A DNA stretch of 64,000 nt, from positions 1 to 64,000 of the forward strand of contig CAWCMR010000012.1 of NCBI GenBank assembly GCA_963796685.1. The letters are read 5' to 3'. Under the pieces are notes generated by a model, which searched no databases, was not told the origin of the DNA, and saw nothing but the letters and a program-made list of their open reading frames with translations. Source of the DNA: an uncultured delta proteobacterium. GTDB lineage: Bacteria; Myxococcota_A; Polyangia; Fen-1088. Below, one piece after another: positions 51,414-61,512 of this stretch (within the stretch, counting starts at the first letter, position 1; each line of letters begins with the position of its first letter). The position numbers and the translations under genes were made by a program.

Positions 51414-54083
51414 CTAGCTCGCGGTCGCGGGGAGCGCGGCGGTGGCAGGCGCCTTCGGTTTCACCGGATGACCGGTGGCGACATGGGCTTCGCCCTGTTT
51501 GCAGAGTCCCATGACGTAGTCCAGGGCGAGATCGATCTGGTCGACTTGGCAGAGCAGGAGGTCGCCTGGTCTCAGGCGGGAGATGGCGGCGCCAATGGCG
51601 GCCAGCTCGCCGGACTCTTGCAGGATGATCCGATCGCGCCGAGCGCTGCCAGGGCCTTGCTTGAAGCCCTCGCGCATGAGGGCCATGACCTCCCCGTCGG
51701 GGCGGCCGCGCGTGCACTGGTCCTCGTAGATGTAGATCTCGTGGAAGAAGTCGCCGATGATCCGGGCCTGGCGGATGATGTCGGCATCGCGACGGTCGCC
51801 AGCGGCGGTGTAGACGATCTTGCGCCGCCGGTGGGGCATCTTTTCGATGGCCTTGTTCAGGGCGAGCAGCGCCGACGCGTTGTGGCCGTAGTCGAGGATC
51901 ACGGTGCTGCCGCGGTGGCTGATGACGTTGAAGCGCCCGGGGGTGGTCTTGAGATCGCTGGTGAAGGTCTCGATACCGGTGCGAATACCATCGAGAGAGA
52001 GACCAAGGGCGTGGCCCGCGGCGACCGCGGCGAGCAGGTTCTCGACCTGGAAGGCGATGCGTCCGCCGTGGGTCAGGGGCAGGTCGGCGAGGCGAGCCAC
52101 GCGACGCTCGTCGCGGCCGCTGGCGAGGACGATGGCGCCTTCGCGCACGGTGACGGCCTTGCCTCCCTTGGCGCGATGGCTGACGAGGACCGGCGATTCG
52201 GGATTGCGGCCGAAGAAGATCACGCTGCCTCGGCAGAGCTTGGCCATGTCAGCCACCAGGGGATCGTCGGCATTGAGAACCGCGGCCCCTTGCGCGGTTA
52301 CGCGGCGAACCGGGATGGCCTTGACCCGCGCCAGCTCCTCGACGGTGGCGATGCCGCCGAGACCCAGGTGATCGCCCTCGCCCACGTTGGTGACGATGGC
52401 GACGTCGCACCAGTCGAAACCCAGGCCCTCGCGCAAGATGCCGCCGCGGGCGGTCTCCAGCACGGCGGCGTCCACGCGCGGATTGCCGAGGATGGAGCGC
52501 GCGCTCTTGGGGCCGCTGCAGTCGCCGGTGTCGATGCGTCGGTTCTCGACGTAGATTCCGTCGGTGCAGGTCATGCCCACGCGTCGGCCCGAGCGCTGGA
52601 GCAAGTGGGCCACGCAGCGGGTGGTCGTGGTCTTGCCGTTGGTACCGGTGATGGCGACGATGGGGATGCGCCCGTTGTCGCCGTGGGGGAAGATGGAATT
52701 GACCATGGCCTCGCCCACCGGGCGCGGGGTGCCGTGCGATGGTTCGAGGTGCATGCGCAGGCCGGGGGCCGCGTTGACCTCGACGATGGCGCCGCGGGTG
52801 ACGTCGAGCGGCTGATCGATACGTGTGGCCACGACGTCGATGCCGGCCACGTCCAAGCCCACCATGGCGGCGGCGTCGATGGCCCGTTCGGCGACGAGTG
52901 GGTGAACCTCGTCGGTGACGTCGATGGCGCTGCCGCCCGTGCTGAGATTGGCATTGCGGCGCAGGACGACGACCTGTCCTTCCGCCGCAATGGTGTCGAC
53001 CGTCATGCCCTGCTCGGCCAGCATTTCGCGGCCGATGGCATCCAGGCGCAACTTGCTAAGCGCCGTGGCGTGGTCCTCGCCACGCAGTGGATCCTGGTTG
53101 GCGACCTCGACCAACTCGGCGATGGTATGCCGTCCATCGCCGACCACGGTGGGACATTCGCGTCGCGCCGCCGCGATCAGGCGGCCGCCGATGACCAGGA
53201 GACGGAAGTCGTGGCCTTCCACGTGGCGCTCGACCAGGATTTCGTCCTCCTGAGCAGCGGCAAACGTGTAGGCGGCCATGACCGCCTCGCGCGTGCGCAG
53301 GCCCACCGAGACGCCGCGCCCTTGGTTGCCCTTGCGCGGTTTGACCACCACGGGCACGCCGATTTCCTGCGCCGCAGTCCAGGCTTGCTCCGCATTCGAG
53401 ACCGACCGTCCCTCGGGCACGGGCACACCGATGGCGGACAACAGCGACTTGGTCAATTCCTTGTCCTGAGCGATGGACTCGGCGATGGCGCTGGTGCGAT
53501 CGGTCTCCGACGCCCAGATGCGACGCTGGCGCGAACCATGGCCCAGCATGACCAGGCTGCCGTCGGTCAGCCGGCGCGACGCGATGCCGCGCGCCTCGGC
53601 CGCACGCACGATGGCTCCCGTGCTCGGTCCCAGCCTGACGGACTGGTTGAGGCTGCGCAGGTCCTTGATGGCGGTTCCCAGGTCCACGCACCTGTCCTCG
53701 CGCACCGCTGCGAGCAAGTCGACCGCGAGGGCAAAGGCCCTGCGCCCGACCTCTTCTTCCTGGTACTGCACGAGGATGCGGAACGCACTGCCGTCATCCA
53801 ATTCGTGAACCACCGGCGCGGCGACTTCGCAGCCGGCCAGTCGTTCCACAGCAGCCGCGAGCTCGGCGATGAGGCAGGCTTCCCCGTGATGCGTTTCGCA
53901 CGCTTCGCTGCGATCCCACACCTCCTGGGTCATCTTGGCCAGCTCCTCGGGCAGCCAGCTGCGCAACCGGCCGAGCATCGCTGGAGTCACCAGCTCGGCA
54001 TCGACCACCATGATGGCCTCGAGGAGGGTTTCGTCCGACCACAGATTGGGACCGCGTAGGGTGCGAAGGTTGTCTGATCTCAT
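51414..54083 (-). CDS. cphA: Cyanophycin synthetase (full G and M domains, degenerate N domain)
   Basis: LGPSTGAIV, VVVKP..GNQGRGV, ANLSTGG, EVNAAPGLRMH, ITGTNGKTTT, LETARGGILREGL, PGRFN, DYGHN. Confidence 0.93.
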   Translation of the reverse strand: MRSDNLRTLRGPNLWSDETLLEAIMVVDAELVTPAMLGRLRSWLPEELAKMTQEVWDRSEACETHHGEACLIAELAAAVERLAGCEVAAPVVHELDDGSAFRILVQYQEEEVGRRAFALAVDLLAAVREDRCVDLGTAIKDLRSLNQSVRLGPSTGAIVRAAEARGIASRRLTDGSLVMLGHGSRQRRIWASETDRTSAIAESIAQDKELTKSLLSAIGVPVPEGRSVSNAEQAWTAAQEIGVPVVVKPRKGNQGRGVSVGLRTREAVMAAYTFAAAQEDEILVERHVEGHDFRLLVIGGRLIAAARRECPTVVGDGRHTIAELVEVANQDPLRGEDHATALSKLRLDAIGREMLAEQGMTVDTIAAEGQVVVLRRNANLSTGGSAIDVTDEVHPLVAERAIDAAAMVGLDVAGIDVVATRIDQPLDVTRGAIVEVNAAPGLRMHLEPSHGTPRPVGEAMVNSIFPHGDNGRIPIVAITGTNGKTTTTRCVAHLLQRSGRRVGMTCTDGIYVENRRIDTGDCSGPKSARSILGNPRVDAAVLETARGGILREGLGFDWCDVAIVTNVGEGDHLGLGGIATVEELARVKAIPVRRVTAQGAAVLNADDPLVADMAKLCRGSVIFFGRNPESPVLVSHRAKGGKAVTVREGAIVLASGRDERRVARLADLPLTHGGRIAFQVENLLAAVAAGHALGLSLDGIRTGIETFTSDLKTTPGRFNVISHRGSTVILDYGHNASALLALNKAIEKMPHRRRKIVYTAAGDRRDADIIRQARIIGDFFHEIYIYEDQCTRGRPDGEVMALMREGFKQGPGSARRDRIILQESGELAAIGAAISRLRPGDLLLCQVDQIDLALDYVMGLCKQGEAHVATGHPVKPKAPATAALPATAS

Positions 54084-54293
54084 TGGCTGCTTTCCACGGC
54101 CGCCGAGGGTTGGCTCCGGCAGACCATGTTCCTTGGGGGACTGTGCTCATCCACCAGGGAATCTCCAGAGCGCATAGAGGTCCTGACGGATATGAAGTCA
54201 GACGGGCGGGCCGCGCCGATTATTCAGTCCGCGCTCGGGGGGAATCGATCTTTTCCATCGCAGCGCGATGTTGACCATGATTCCCTATTCATT

Positions 54294-56456
54294 CTAGCTG
54301 GTTGGACGACGACCCAGGTCGTCTCTCAGGGCTCGTTCGAGTCCCTCCCGGATGGTGCGGGGCGCTATGCCGAGGGCGGTGCCCGCGCCTACCCCTGCCA
54401 GCAGGTCCTCGATCGGCGTGGACGGAGCGCCAGGGGAGGCCGAGCCTGGGCGGTCGAGCGCGAACACCGGCAGGATCTGATTCATGTGATTGACCACGAT
54501 GGCACCGTCCGCCACGAACACTGCCTGGCCGCCCTTGCCAAGGTGCTCGCGCACCAGCGGCGACTGACCGTCGCGGCTGAAGTACAAGATTCGCCCACGA
54601 CACTTCCCCGCCATCGCTGCCACCTCGGGATCGTCGGCATTGAGAACCGCGCAGCCATCGGGCAGGACCACGTCCACGGGCGCGCGAATGGCCTTGGCAA
54701 CCAGGACCGCGTCATCCACGTCCGCCTCGCCCCGATAGTCGCCGGAATGCAGGTTGGTGACCACGGTCACGTTGCAACGATCGAAGGCCAGACCTTCTTG
54801 GATCACCCGGAGCTCGCTCGTCTCGAGCACCACGGCGTCGACGAACGGGTTGACCAACACGCGGCGGGCATCGGCCGCGTTCGTGCAATCCCTGTCCGAC
54901 AGGACGCGTCCTCCGACGCGCAGACCGCGCGCGCTTGCCTCACCGACCGTGTGCGACGCTTCCGCCAACACGGACGCGATCAAGGACGCGACCCGTGTCT
55001 TGCCACGGGTTCCCGAGACCGCGACCAAGGGAACGCGGCCGGATTCACCCGGCGGGAAGAGATGGCTCACGATGGCCTCGCCCACCGGGCGAGGCGTTCC
55101 GACCAGCGGTTTGAGGTGCATGACCAGACCGGGGCTGGCGTTCACCTCGATGACGGCTCCGTCCTGCTCGTCGAGAGGCCGGGCGATGTCCTCGGCGATG
55201 AGATCGATCCCGGCCACGTCGAGCCCCACGGTTTGCGCCGCGATCACGCAGTTGGCGGCGATATCCGGGTGCATGCGATCGGTTTCGTCGACCGTGAGAT
55301 CGCCGTTGTGGTGGATGAGAACCGGGCGGCCGGTGGGCGGCACCGAAGCCTTCTCCAGTCCTTGACGGCGCAGAAGCTCGAGGGAGATCTCGTCGAGCAC
55401 GAGGGGCGTGAGGGGAAGGGCGGAATCCTCCCCGCGTTTGGGATCTTGGTTGGCCTGGGCCACCAGCTCCTCGACGGTGTGGATGCCGTCGGCCACGACC
55501 TGCTCGGCCTCGCCGCCGCTGGCCGCGACGGCGCGGTCGCCGACCACCAGCACGCGGTACTGCGAGCCCGCGACGAATTGCTCGACCACCACGCCGCTGC
55601 CCTCGCGCGAGGCGATGTCGAACGCGGTCTCGACGGCCTCGCGATCCTCCAGACGAATGGAGACGCCGCGGCCGTGGTTGGCATCCTGCGGTTTGACCAC
55701 CACGGGCAGTCCGAGCTCTTCCGCGGCAGCCCAGGCATCGGCGCGATCTTGCGCCAGACGGCCCGCCGGCATGGGCACCCCGACGGAGTAGAGCAACTGC
55801 CGCGTCAGCTCCTTGTCCTGGGCGATGGATTCGGCCAGGGCACAGGTCTTGGCTGTCTCGGCGGCCCAGATACGGCGCTGGGCCTTGCCGTAGCCGAGCT
55901 GCACGAGGTTGCCGTGGCTGATGCGCACGTAGGGAATTCCGCGCGCCTTGGCGGCCGTGACGATGGCCTGCGTGCTCGGCCCCAGGCACACCCTGTCGGC
56001 GAGCTCGCGCAACCCGCGCAGGCGTTCCTTCATGTCGAAGGGGCGGTCGTCGACCGCCGCCAAGATCAGGTCGCGCCCGGTGCGTAGGCAGGCCTCGCCC
56101 AAGGCCGCGTCGAGGACCTCGACCACCACGCGGTAGACGCCGCGCTCGCTGGTCTCGCGCGTGCGCCCGTATCCTACTGGCAGGTGGGCCAGGGTTTGCA
56201 GCTCCAGGGTCACGTGCTCGAGCACGTGGCCAAGCCACGTCCCGTCGCGCAGGCGCGAGAAGAACCCGCCGCGCACGCCTTCGCTGCAGCGATGCTCGAT
56301 CATCGAAGGCAGCCAGGCGGTCAGGCGATCCACGAAGCCGGGCAGGGTGTTCGAGGGTTGGGTGTCGAAGGGGCCGAGGTCGACCCAGGCTTCGAGGACC
56401 GGGTAGTTGGCCCAAATGTTCGGCCCGACCAGGGACAGGATCTTGCGGATGTGCAT
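54294..56456 (-). CDS. Cyanophycin synthetase paralog (CphA'-type, C-terminally shortened)
   Basis: GPNIW, EHRCS...GHVLEHV, LGPSTQAIV, DANHGRGV, EVNASPGL. Altered P-loop SGTRGKT. About 720 aa. Confidence 0.88.
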   Translation of the reverse strand: MHIRKILSLVGPNIWANYPVLEAWVDLGPFDTQPSNTLPGFVDRLTAWLPSMIEHRCSEGVRGGFFSRLRDGTWLGHVLEHVTLELQTLAHLPVGYGRTRETSERGVYRVVVEVLDAALGEACLRTGRDLILAAVDDRPFDMKERLRGLRELADRVCLGPSTQAIVTAAKARGIPYVRISHGNLVQLGYGKAQRRIWAAETAKTCALAESIAQDKELTRQLLYSVGVPMPAGRLAQDRADAWAAAEELGLPVVVKPQDANHGRGVSIRLEDREAVETAFDIASREGSGVVVEQFVAGSQYRVLVVGDRAVAASGGEAEQVVADGIHTVEELVAQANQDPKRGEDSALPLTPLVLDEISLELLRRQGLEKASVPPTGRPVLIHHNGDLTVDETDRMHPDIAANCVIAAQTVGLDVAGIDLIAEDIARPLDEQDGAVIEVNASPGLVMHLKPLVGTPRPVGEAIVSHLFPPGESGRVPLVAVSGTRGKTRVASLIASVLAEASHTVGEASARGLRVGGRVLSDRDCTNAADARRVLVNPFVDAVVLETSELRVIQEGLAFDRCNVTVVTNLHSGDYRGEADVDDAVLVAKAIRAPVDVVLPDGCAVLNADDPEVAAMAGKCRGRILYFSRDGQSPLVREHLGKGGQAVFVADGAIVVNHMNQILPVFALDRPGSASPGAPSTPIEDLLAGVGAGTALGIAPRTIREGLERALRDDLGRRPTS

Positions 56457-56562
56457 GGTTTGTAGCCACCGCGCGAAACGCGGCGGCGCCATCCTGCTCT
56501 TCTCCGTGCACGAGCGCCAGTCTCTGCGCACCAGAGCCCGCTTGGATTCGCGCAAGCCGGTG

Positions 56563-57753
56563 CTAGAACGCGGGCTGATAGAAGGCCGACGCGGGGCGGG
56601 CGAAGAGGAAACCCTGAAAGAGATCGCAGCCGAGGTCGGCAAGGACATCGCGCTCGGCGGTCGTTTCCACGCCCTCGGCCACGAGCAGCATTTCCATCTC
56701 GCGGCACAGGCCGGCGACCGAGCCGACCAGCTTGCGTTTGATCGCGCTGCCCTCGATGCCGCGGACCAGGTTCATATCGATCTTCACGATGTCGGGATCG
56801 AGCGTGGCGAAGCTGGTCAGACCAGCGTAGCCCGCGCCGAGATCGTCCACCGCGATTCGGAAGCCGAATCGTCGCAGCTCCCGAACCCGCTCGCGCACCT
56901 CCTCGAGGCCCGAGAGCGGCGCGCGCTCGGTGATCTCGAGCACCACGTGGTCGGCAGCGGCCAGGAGCGGCGACTGCGGATCGGTCAGCTCGGGGTCGAG
57001 CAGGTCGCTCGGGTGCAGATTGACGAAGAGCAACCAGTCCTGATTCATCTGACTGCGACAGTGGGCGGCGAAGGCGCGCAAAGCGCGACCCAGCTTGCGG
57101 GTGGAGCCCAGGCGCTCGGCAGCATCCAGCATGTCCCCGGGCGTAGGAAGCGTCGGCTCGGTGCTGCGGAGCAAGGCCTCGTAGCCGAAGATAGACTTCG
57201 TGGATAGCGACACGATGGGCTGGAAGGCCATGCCGAAGGAGGCCAGCGCGCGGGAAAAGCTCGCCTCGAGCCCTGCCCGATCCGAGGGTCCTGCGATGCC
57301 GCCGATGCTCAGTGCCTCGCGCTTGAGGCGCGCGAGACGGTAGAGCTGGGTGGCTTGCAGGACCGTCTCGCGTAGCCCATCGAGGTCGAAGGGTTTGGGC
57401 AGATAGCGAAACACGCCGTATTCGATGGCCTCGGCCGCGCCCTCCCACGACGGCTGTCCTGTCATCAGCAACACGGGCAAATCCGCGTCGTGCTCGCGAA
57501 TCGCGCGCAGGAGCTCGATCCCGGTCATGCCCGGCATCTTGACATCGCTGATGACCGCGGCGAATCCGCCTTGGGGAACCAGCGCCACGGCCTCCGCGCC
57601 GCGGGAACAGGTCACGACATCGAACGAGCCCTCGAGCGCGCGTTCGAGCAGTCCGAGCAGTGTGGGATCGTCGTCCACCGCGAGGATAGCCATCCGCCGG
57701 CCTGCCTGTCCAAGAGGCAACAACACGACACCTTCAACGCCAGTCTGATCCAT
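56563..57753 (-). CDS. Receiver plus EAL-domain protein
   Basis: VDDD, SDVKMPGM, FQPIV, YEALLR, EITE, DDLGAGY, KID, AEGVE, QGFLF. Confidence 0.92.
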   Translation of the reverse strand: MDQTGVEGVVLLPLGQAGRRMAILAVDDDPTLLGLLERALEGSFDVVTCSRGAEAVALVPQGGFAAVISDVKMPGMTGIELLRAIREHDADLPVLLMTGQPSWEGAAEAIEYGVFRYLPKPFDLDGLRETVLQATQLYRLARLKREALSIGGIAGPSDRAGLEASFSRALASFGMAFQPIVSLSTKSIFGYEALLRSTEPTLPTPGDMLDAAERLGSTRKLGRALRAFAAHCRSQMNQDWLLFVNLHPSDLLDPELTDPQSPLLAAADHVVLEITERAPLSGLEEVRERVRELRRFGFRIAVDDLGAGYAGLTSFATLDPDIVKIDMNLVRGIEGSAIKRKLVGSVAGLCREMEMLLVAEGVETTAERDVLADLGCDLFQGFLFARPASAFYQPAF

Positions 57754-57885
57754 GGGACCACCTCGTTGCTGAACAACCCGAATACCAGATCCCAGCCGCA
57801 TGCGCCCGGACTAAGTGTGGAGGCCCGTGACGCCAGCCGACAGAAGGAGCTCTGTGCTCTCCTCCGCCTCAGCGCTCTCCATGTC

Positions 57886-58818
57886 TCACACCTGGAACAG
57901 CTCGGTGCTGAGATACTTCTCGCCGCGATCGGGGAAGATGGTCACGATGGTTCCCGACGCGATTTCGGTGGCCACCTGGCGGGCGGCGAAGAGGGCGGCG
58001 CCGCTGCTCATGCCGACGAAGATGCCTTCTTGGCGGGCGATCTGGCGCGTGAGCTCGAAGGCGTCCTCGCTCTCGATCATGATATGCCGGTCGATCTTGG
58101 CCGGGTCGTAGATGGCGGGGACGATGGCCTCTTCCAGATTCTTGAGCCCCTGGATGTAGTGGCCGCGCACGGGGTGGGCGCTGACGATCTTCACCGCGGG
58201 CAGCTTCTCCTTGAGCGCCAGTCCGACGCCCATCAGGGTTCCGCTGGTACCGAGCGACGACACGAAGTAGTCGAGGTGGCCCCCCGTCTGGCGCAGGATC
58301 TCCTGGGCCGTGCCGTGGTAGTGGGCGAGCTGGTTGTAGTGGTTCGAGAACTGGTCGGGCATGAAGTACTTGGCGGGAAAATCGCGCACCAGCTCGCGCG
58401 CCTTGAAGATGGCGCCGTCGGTGCCCAGCTTGGCCGCGGTCAGGGTCACCCTGGCCCCGAACGCGGCGATCATCTTGCGCCGCTCGACCGAGACCGCCTC
58501 GCTCATCACGATCTCGACCGCATAGCCTTTCACGGCGCCGATCATGGCCAGGGCGATGCCGGTGTTGCCGCTGGTGGGCTCGAGGATGATCTTGTCGCGG
58601 GTGAGCGTGCCCTCGTGCTCGGCCTGCTCGATCATCTTGAGCGCGATGCGATCCTTGATGCTGCCGGTGGGATTGAACCCCTCCAGCTTGGCCAGCAGCG
58701 TGACCTTCGGGTTGGGGCACATGTGCTGGATGCGCACCACGGGCGTGTTGCCGATGAGGCCGAGGATGGAGCTGGCCGGAAGGTCGCAGGCAGGTGGCGT
58801 GGTCGATGGTGTTGGCAT
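57886..58818 (-). CDS. Cysteine synthase (CysK/CysM family)
   Basis: IGNTP, KLEGFNPTGSIKDRIA, EPTSGNTG, DQFSN, GTSGT, GMSSGA. Confidence 0.93.
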   Translation of the reverse strand: MPTPSTTPPACDLPASSILGLIGNTPVVRIQHMCPNPKVTLLAKLEGFNPTGSIKDRIALKMIEQAEHEGTLTRDKIILEPTSGNTGIALAMIGAVKGYAVEIVMSEAVSVERRKMIAAFGARVTLTAAKLGTDGAIFKARELVRDFPAKYFMPDQFSNHYNQLAHYHGTAQEILRQTGGHLDYFVSSLGTSGTLMGVGLALKEKLPAVKIVSAHPVRGHYIQGLKNLEEAIVPAIYDPAKIDRHIMIESEDAFELTRQIARQEGIFVGMSSGAALFAARQVATEIASGTIVTIFPDRGEKYLSTELFQV

Positions 58819-58834
58819 GGTCGAGGCGGCGGGA

Positions 58835-60061
58835 TTACGCCACCACGGCGAATTCGTCGAGCAGCTCCTCCATGCGCCCGAACACGTCGGCCATAGTCTT
58901 CTCGTCGGGCAAGAGGGTGATGCGGAAGTGGTTGCGGTAGGGCACGTTGAAGCTCGACCCCGGCGCGACGAGCACGTGCTTGCGCTCGAGCAGCTCGATG
59001 GCGAACTTTTCGTCGTCGAAGCTCGGCAACTTGGTCAGATCCACGCCCGGGAACGCGTAGATGGCCCCGCGCGGGGGCAGGACGGTGAGGTAGCGGCTGC
59101 GCTTCACGCTTTCGAGCACGGTAGCGCGGGTCTGGAACAGCCGGCCGCCGGGCTTGGTCAGATCGTAGATGGATTGGTAGCCGCCAAGCGCGGTTTGCAC
59201 CGCCCATTGCCCGACCACGTTCGAGCACAGCCGCAGCGACATGATGGTGTCGAGGCCGAGAAGGTACTCGCGCGCCTGTTCCTTCTCGCCCGAAAAGCTG
59301 AGCCAGCCCACGCGGAAGCCGCACGAGCGATAGACCTTGGACAGCCCGGAAAAGGTGCCGCACAGGGTGTGCTTGACCAAGGTCGCCACGGGCGTGTACT
59401 CGGCGCCTTCGTAGGTGATCCGGTCGTAGATCTCGTCGGTGAAGACCACCAGCTCGTGTTTCTCGGCGAGATCCACCATCGTCTGCAGGACCTCGCGCGG
59501 ATAGACCGCGCCGGTCGGGTTGTTGGGCGAGATGATGACCATGGCGCGCGTGCGCGGCGTGATGAGCTTAGCCAGGGCGTCGAGGTCGGGCAGCCAGCTC
59601 AGCTCTTGCCGGCAAGGGTAGTGGACGGCCTTGCCATCGTTGAGATGGGTCGCCGCGGTCCACAGCGGGTAGTCCGGGCTCGGCACCAGCACCTCGTCGC
59701 CCACGTTGAGCAGGGCGCGCAGGGAAAACAGGATCAGCTCGCTGACCCCGTTGCCCATGAAGACATCCTCGGCGGTGGTGTTCATCACGCCGCGGTTCTG
59801 CTGCTGCATGACCACGGCCTCGCGCGCTGGGAAGATACCCTTCTGGTGGCAGTACGCGTCGGATTCGCGCAGGTTCTCGATCATTGCCTGACGCATCGTT
59901 TCTGGGGCGCGAAACCCGAAGGCGCCGGGGTTGCCGATGTTCAGCTTGATGATCTCGTGACCGGCTTTTTCCAGCTCCGCAGCCCGACGGGCCAGCGGTC
60001 CCCGGATTTCGTAGCGGACGTTGGCGAGTTGGTTGCTGGCTTTGATGCGGGTCGTTGACAT
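58835..60061 (-). CDS. alaA: PLP-dependent class I/II aminotransferase, AlaA-like
   Basis: VRYEIRGP, KLNIGNP, GNGVSELI, PDYPLWTAA, PNNPTG, DEIYD, GLSK..R.CGFRVGW. Confidence 0.85.
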   Translation of the reverse strand: MSTTRIKASNQLANVRYEIRGPLARRAAELEKAGHEIIKLNIGNPGAFGFRAPETMRQAMIENLRESDAYCHQKGIFPAREAVVMQQQNRGVMNTTAEDVFMGNGVSELILFSLRALLNVGDEVLVPSPDYPLWTAATHLNDGKAVHYPCRQELSWLPDLDALAKLITPRTRAMVIISPNNPTGAVYPREVLQTMVDLAEKHELVVFTDEIYDRITYEGAEYTPVATLVKHTLCGTFSGLSKVYRSCGFRVGWLSFSGEKEQAREYLLGLDTIMSLRLCSNVVGQWAVQTALGGYQSIYDLTKPGGRLFQTRATVLESVKRSRYLTVLPPRGAIYAFPGVDLTKLPSFDDEKFAIELLERKHVLVAPGSSFNVPYRNHFRITLLPDEKTMADVFGRMEELLDEFAVVA

Positions 60062-60256
60062 GGCGAAGTGTTGAAGATAGTCCACCTTTCCGCCTCGCGA
60101 AAGGCCGCAAAGCGGCACGGGTCGCCGGATGCGGAATCGGCATGGGAACGGCGTCCGGCGTGCGCTCGCGCACGAGCCGCCCCGATGGCGAAAGCCACTG
60201 CGTGATATCCTATCCATGGGACTTCCCTTCCACTCGAACAAGGTTGTTGATCAGTC

Positions 60257-61414
60257 GTGAAATCGCAGAGATCGCGTGGTCCGCTCGTCATCGGTCCTTT
60301 TGCCGCATCGCTCCTCTTGGCCTGCGCAGGGGCCAAGGTCGGGGTCGAGCCCGGCGCTGGCGGCTCGCAAGGCGGCGGAGCCACCGGTGGCGACGGTGGG
60401 GCAGGTGGCGGTGTGAAGATCGACCTCGATGCCGCGCCCGGCTTCACCCCACCTGACACTCGCCCACCGGCGATGGACCTGCCGCCGTGCCCGACTGCCT
60501 ACCGGCAGGACGATGCCGGAAATTTTTTCTGCTGCCCCAAACCCCTGAGCATCGTGTCGTTGGGCCAACCGGCAAGTGCAAACTACGGGGCGGGCAGTGG
60601 CAAGGACAGTACCGACGCCTTTACGGCCTTCATGAACGGCAATACCAACGGCACTGCAACCATGCAGATGATCAAGTCCTTCACGCATATCACCGCTCTC
60701 GACCTCAGCCAGTACGACGTCATCATCTTGCAAGCGCTGGAGGACAGCGAGTACACCAACCTTTGGAGCTACGACACCGCCGATGCGGCGGCACTGCGCG
60801 ACTGGATTCACGACAAGGGTGGTGGACTCATCATCATGTCGGGATACGGCGGCAACACCACCGAGGTTCAGCCCATCAATCAGTTGCTGCAAGGCAGCGA
60901 CAATTGGAGTGGCATTACCTACAATACGGATGACACCTTCAATTCGTGTCCCGACAATATGTGCTACTGCGCCGATTCGTCAGTCGCGTTTAGTGGTTGG
61001 ACGACGAACTATGCGGACTTCGATCAAATCACGCACGATTTGAAGAAAGTCGGTGTCTTTCACGGCCGTTCCATCAATTGTTCGGGCTCCGACTGTCAGG
61101 TCTTCGCAAAGGATACAACCTGGGGAAACGTCGGCGTGGCGAAGAAATATGGAAACGGCAGGGTCTTTGCCTGGGGTGACGAGTGGGTCACCTACACCAG
61201 CCAGTGGGGCTTGGCGCCGGTGCCTGTGGGGACCGATCCGCTCGGCTACGACGATCCAGTCACGTACGCACAATGCGTTGGCCATACGCCCATGACCTCC
61301 TACAACGTGCCGCAGTTCTGGTACAACACCTTCAGGTGGCTGGTTCCCGGCAACACCTGCTTCACCATTATCGTGCCCCCGACCGCTCCCCCGACCCAGA
61401 TCATCATTCCCTGA
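60257..61414 (+). CDS. Lipoprotein of unknown function (class I GATase/ThuA-like domain possible)
   Basis: Lipobox LLLAC, DLSQYDVIIL, WIHDKGGGLI, GNGRVFAWGDEW. Confidence 0.65.
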   Translation: MKSQRSRGPLVIGPFAASLLLACAGAKVGVEPGAGGSQGGGATGGDGGAGGGVKIDLDAAPGFTPPDTRPPAMDLPPCPTAYRQDDAGNFFCCPKPLSIVSLGQPASANYGAGSGKDSTDAFTAFMNGNTNGTATMQMIKSFTHITALDLSQYDVIILQALEDSEYTNLWSYDTADAAALRDWIHDKGGGLIIMSGYGGNTTEVQPINQLLQGSDNWSGITYNTDDTFNSCPDNMCYCADSSVAFSGWTTNYADFDQITHDLKKVGVFHGRSINCSGSDCQVFAKDTTWGNVGVAKKYGNGRVFAWGDEWVTYTSQWGLAPVPVGTDPLGYDDPVTYAQCVGHTPMTSYNVPQFWYNTFRWLVPGNTCFTIIVPPTAPPTQIIIP

Positions 61415-61512
61415 TCGATTCATGCGAGGGCGTGGACAAGGGATTATCTACTAACCGCGTGCCAACCTGCTGCTTCCATCGCGGCCAGGCGAACCGGCTC
61501 GCGGCCGCGTGG

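Noticed and set aside
54084-54293. Missing C-terminus of the upstream cphA paralog hidden by a frameshift
   Set aside because: No PGRFN or DYGHN-like motif was noticed in this gap, and about 720 aa fits naturally shortened CphA' proteins.
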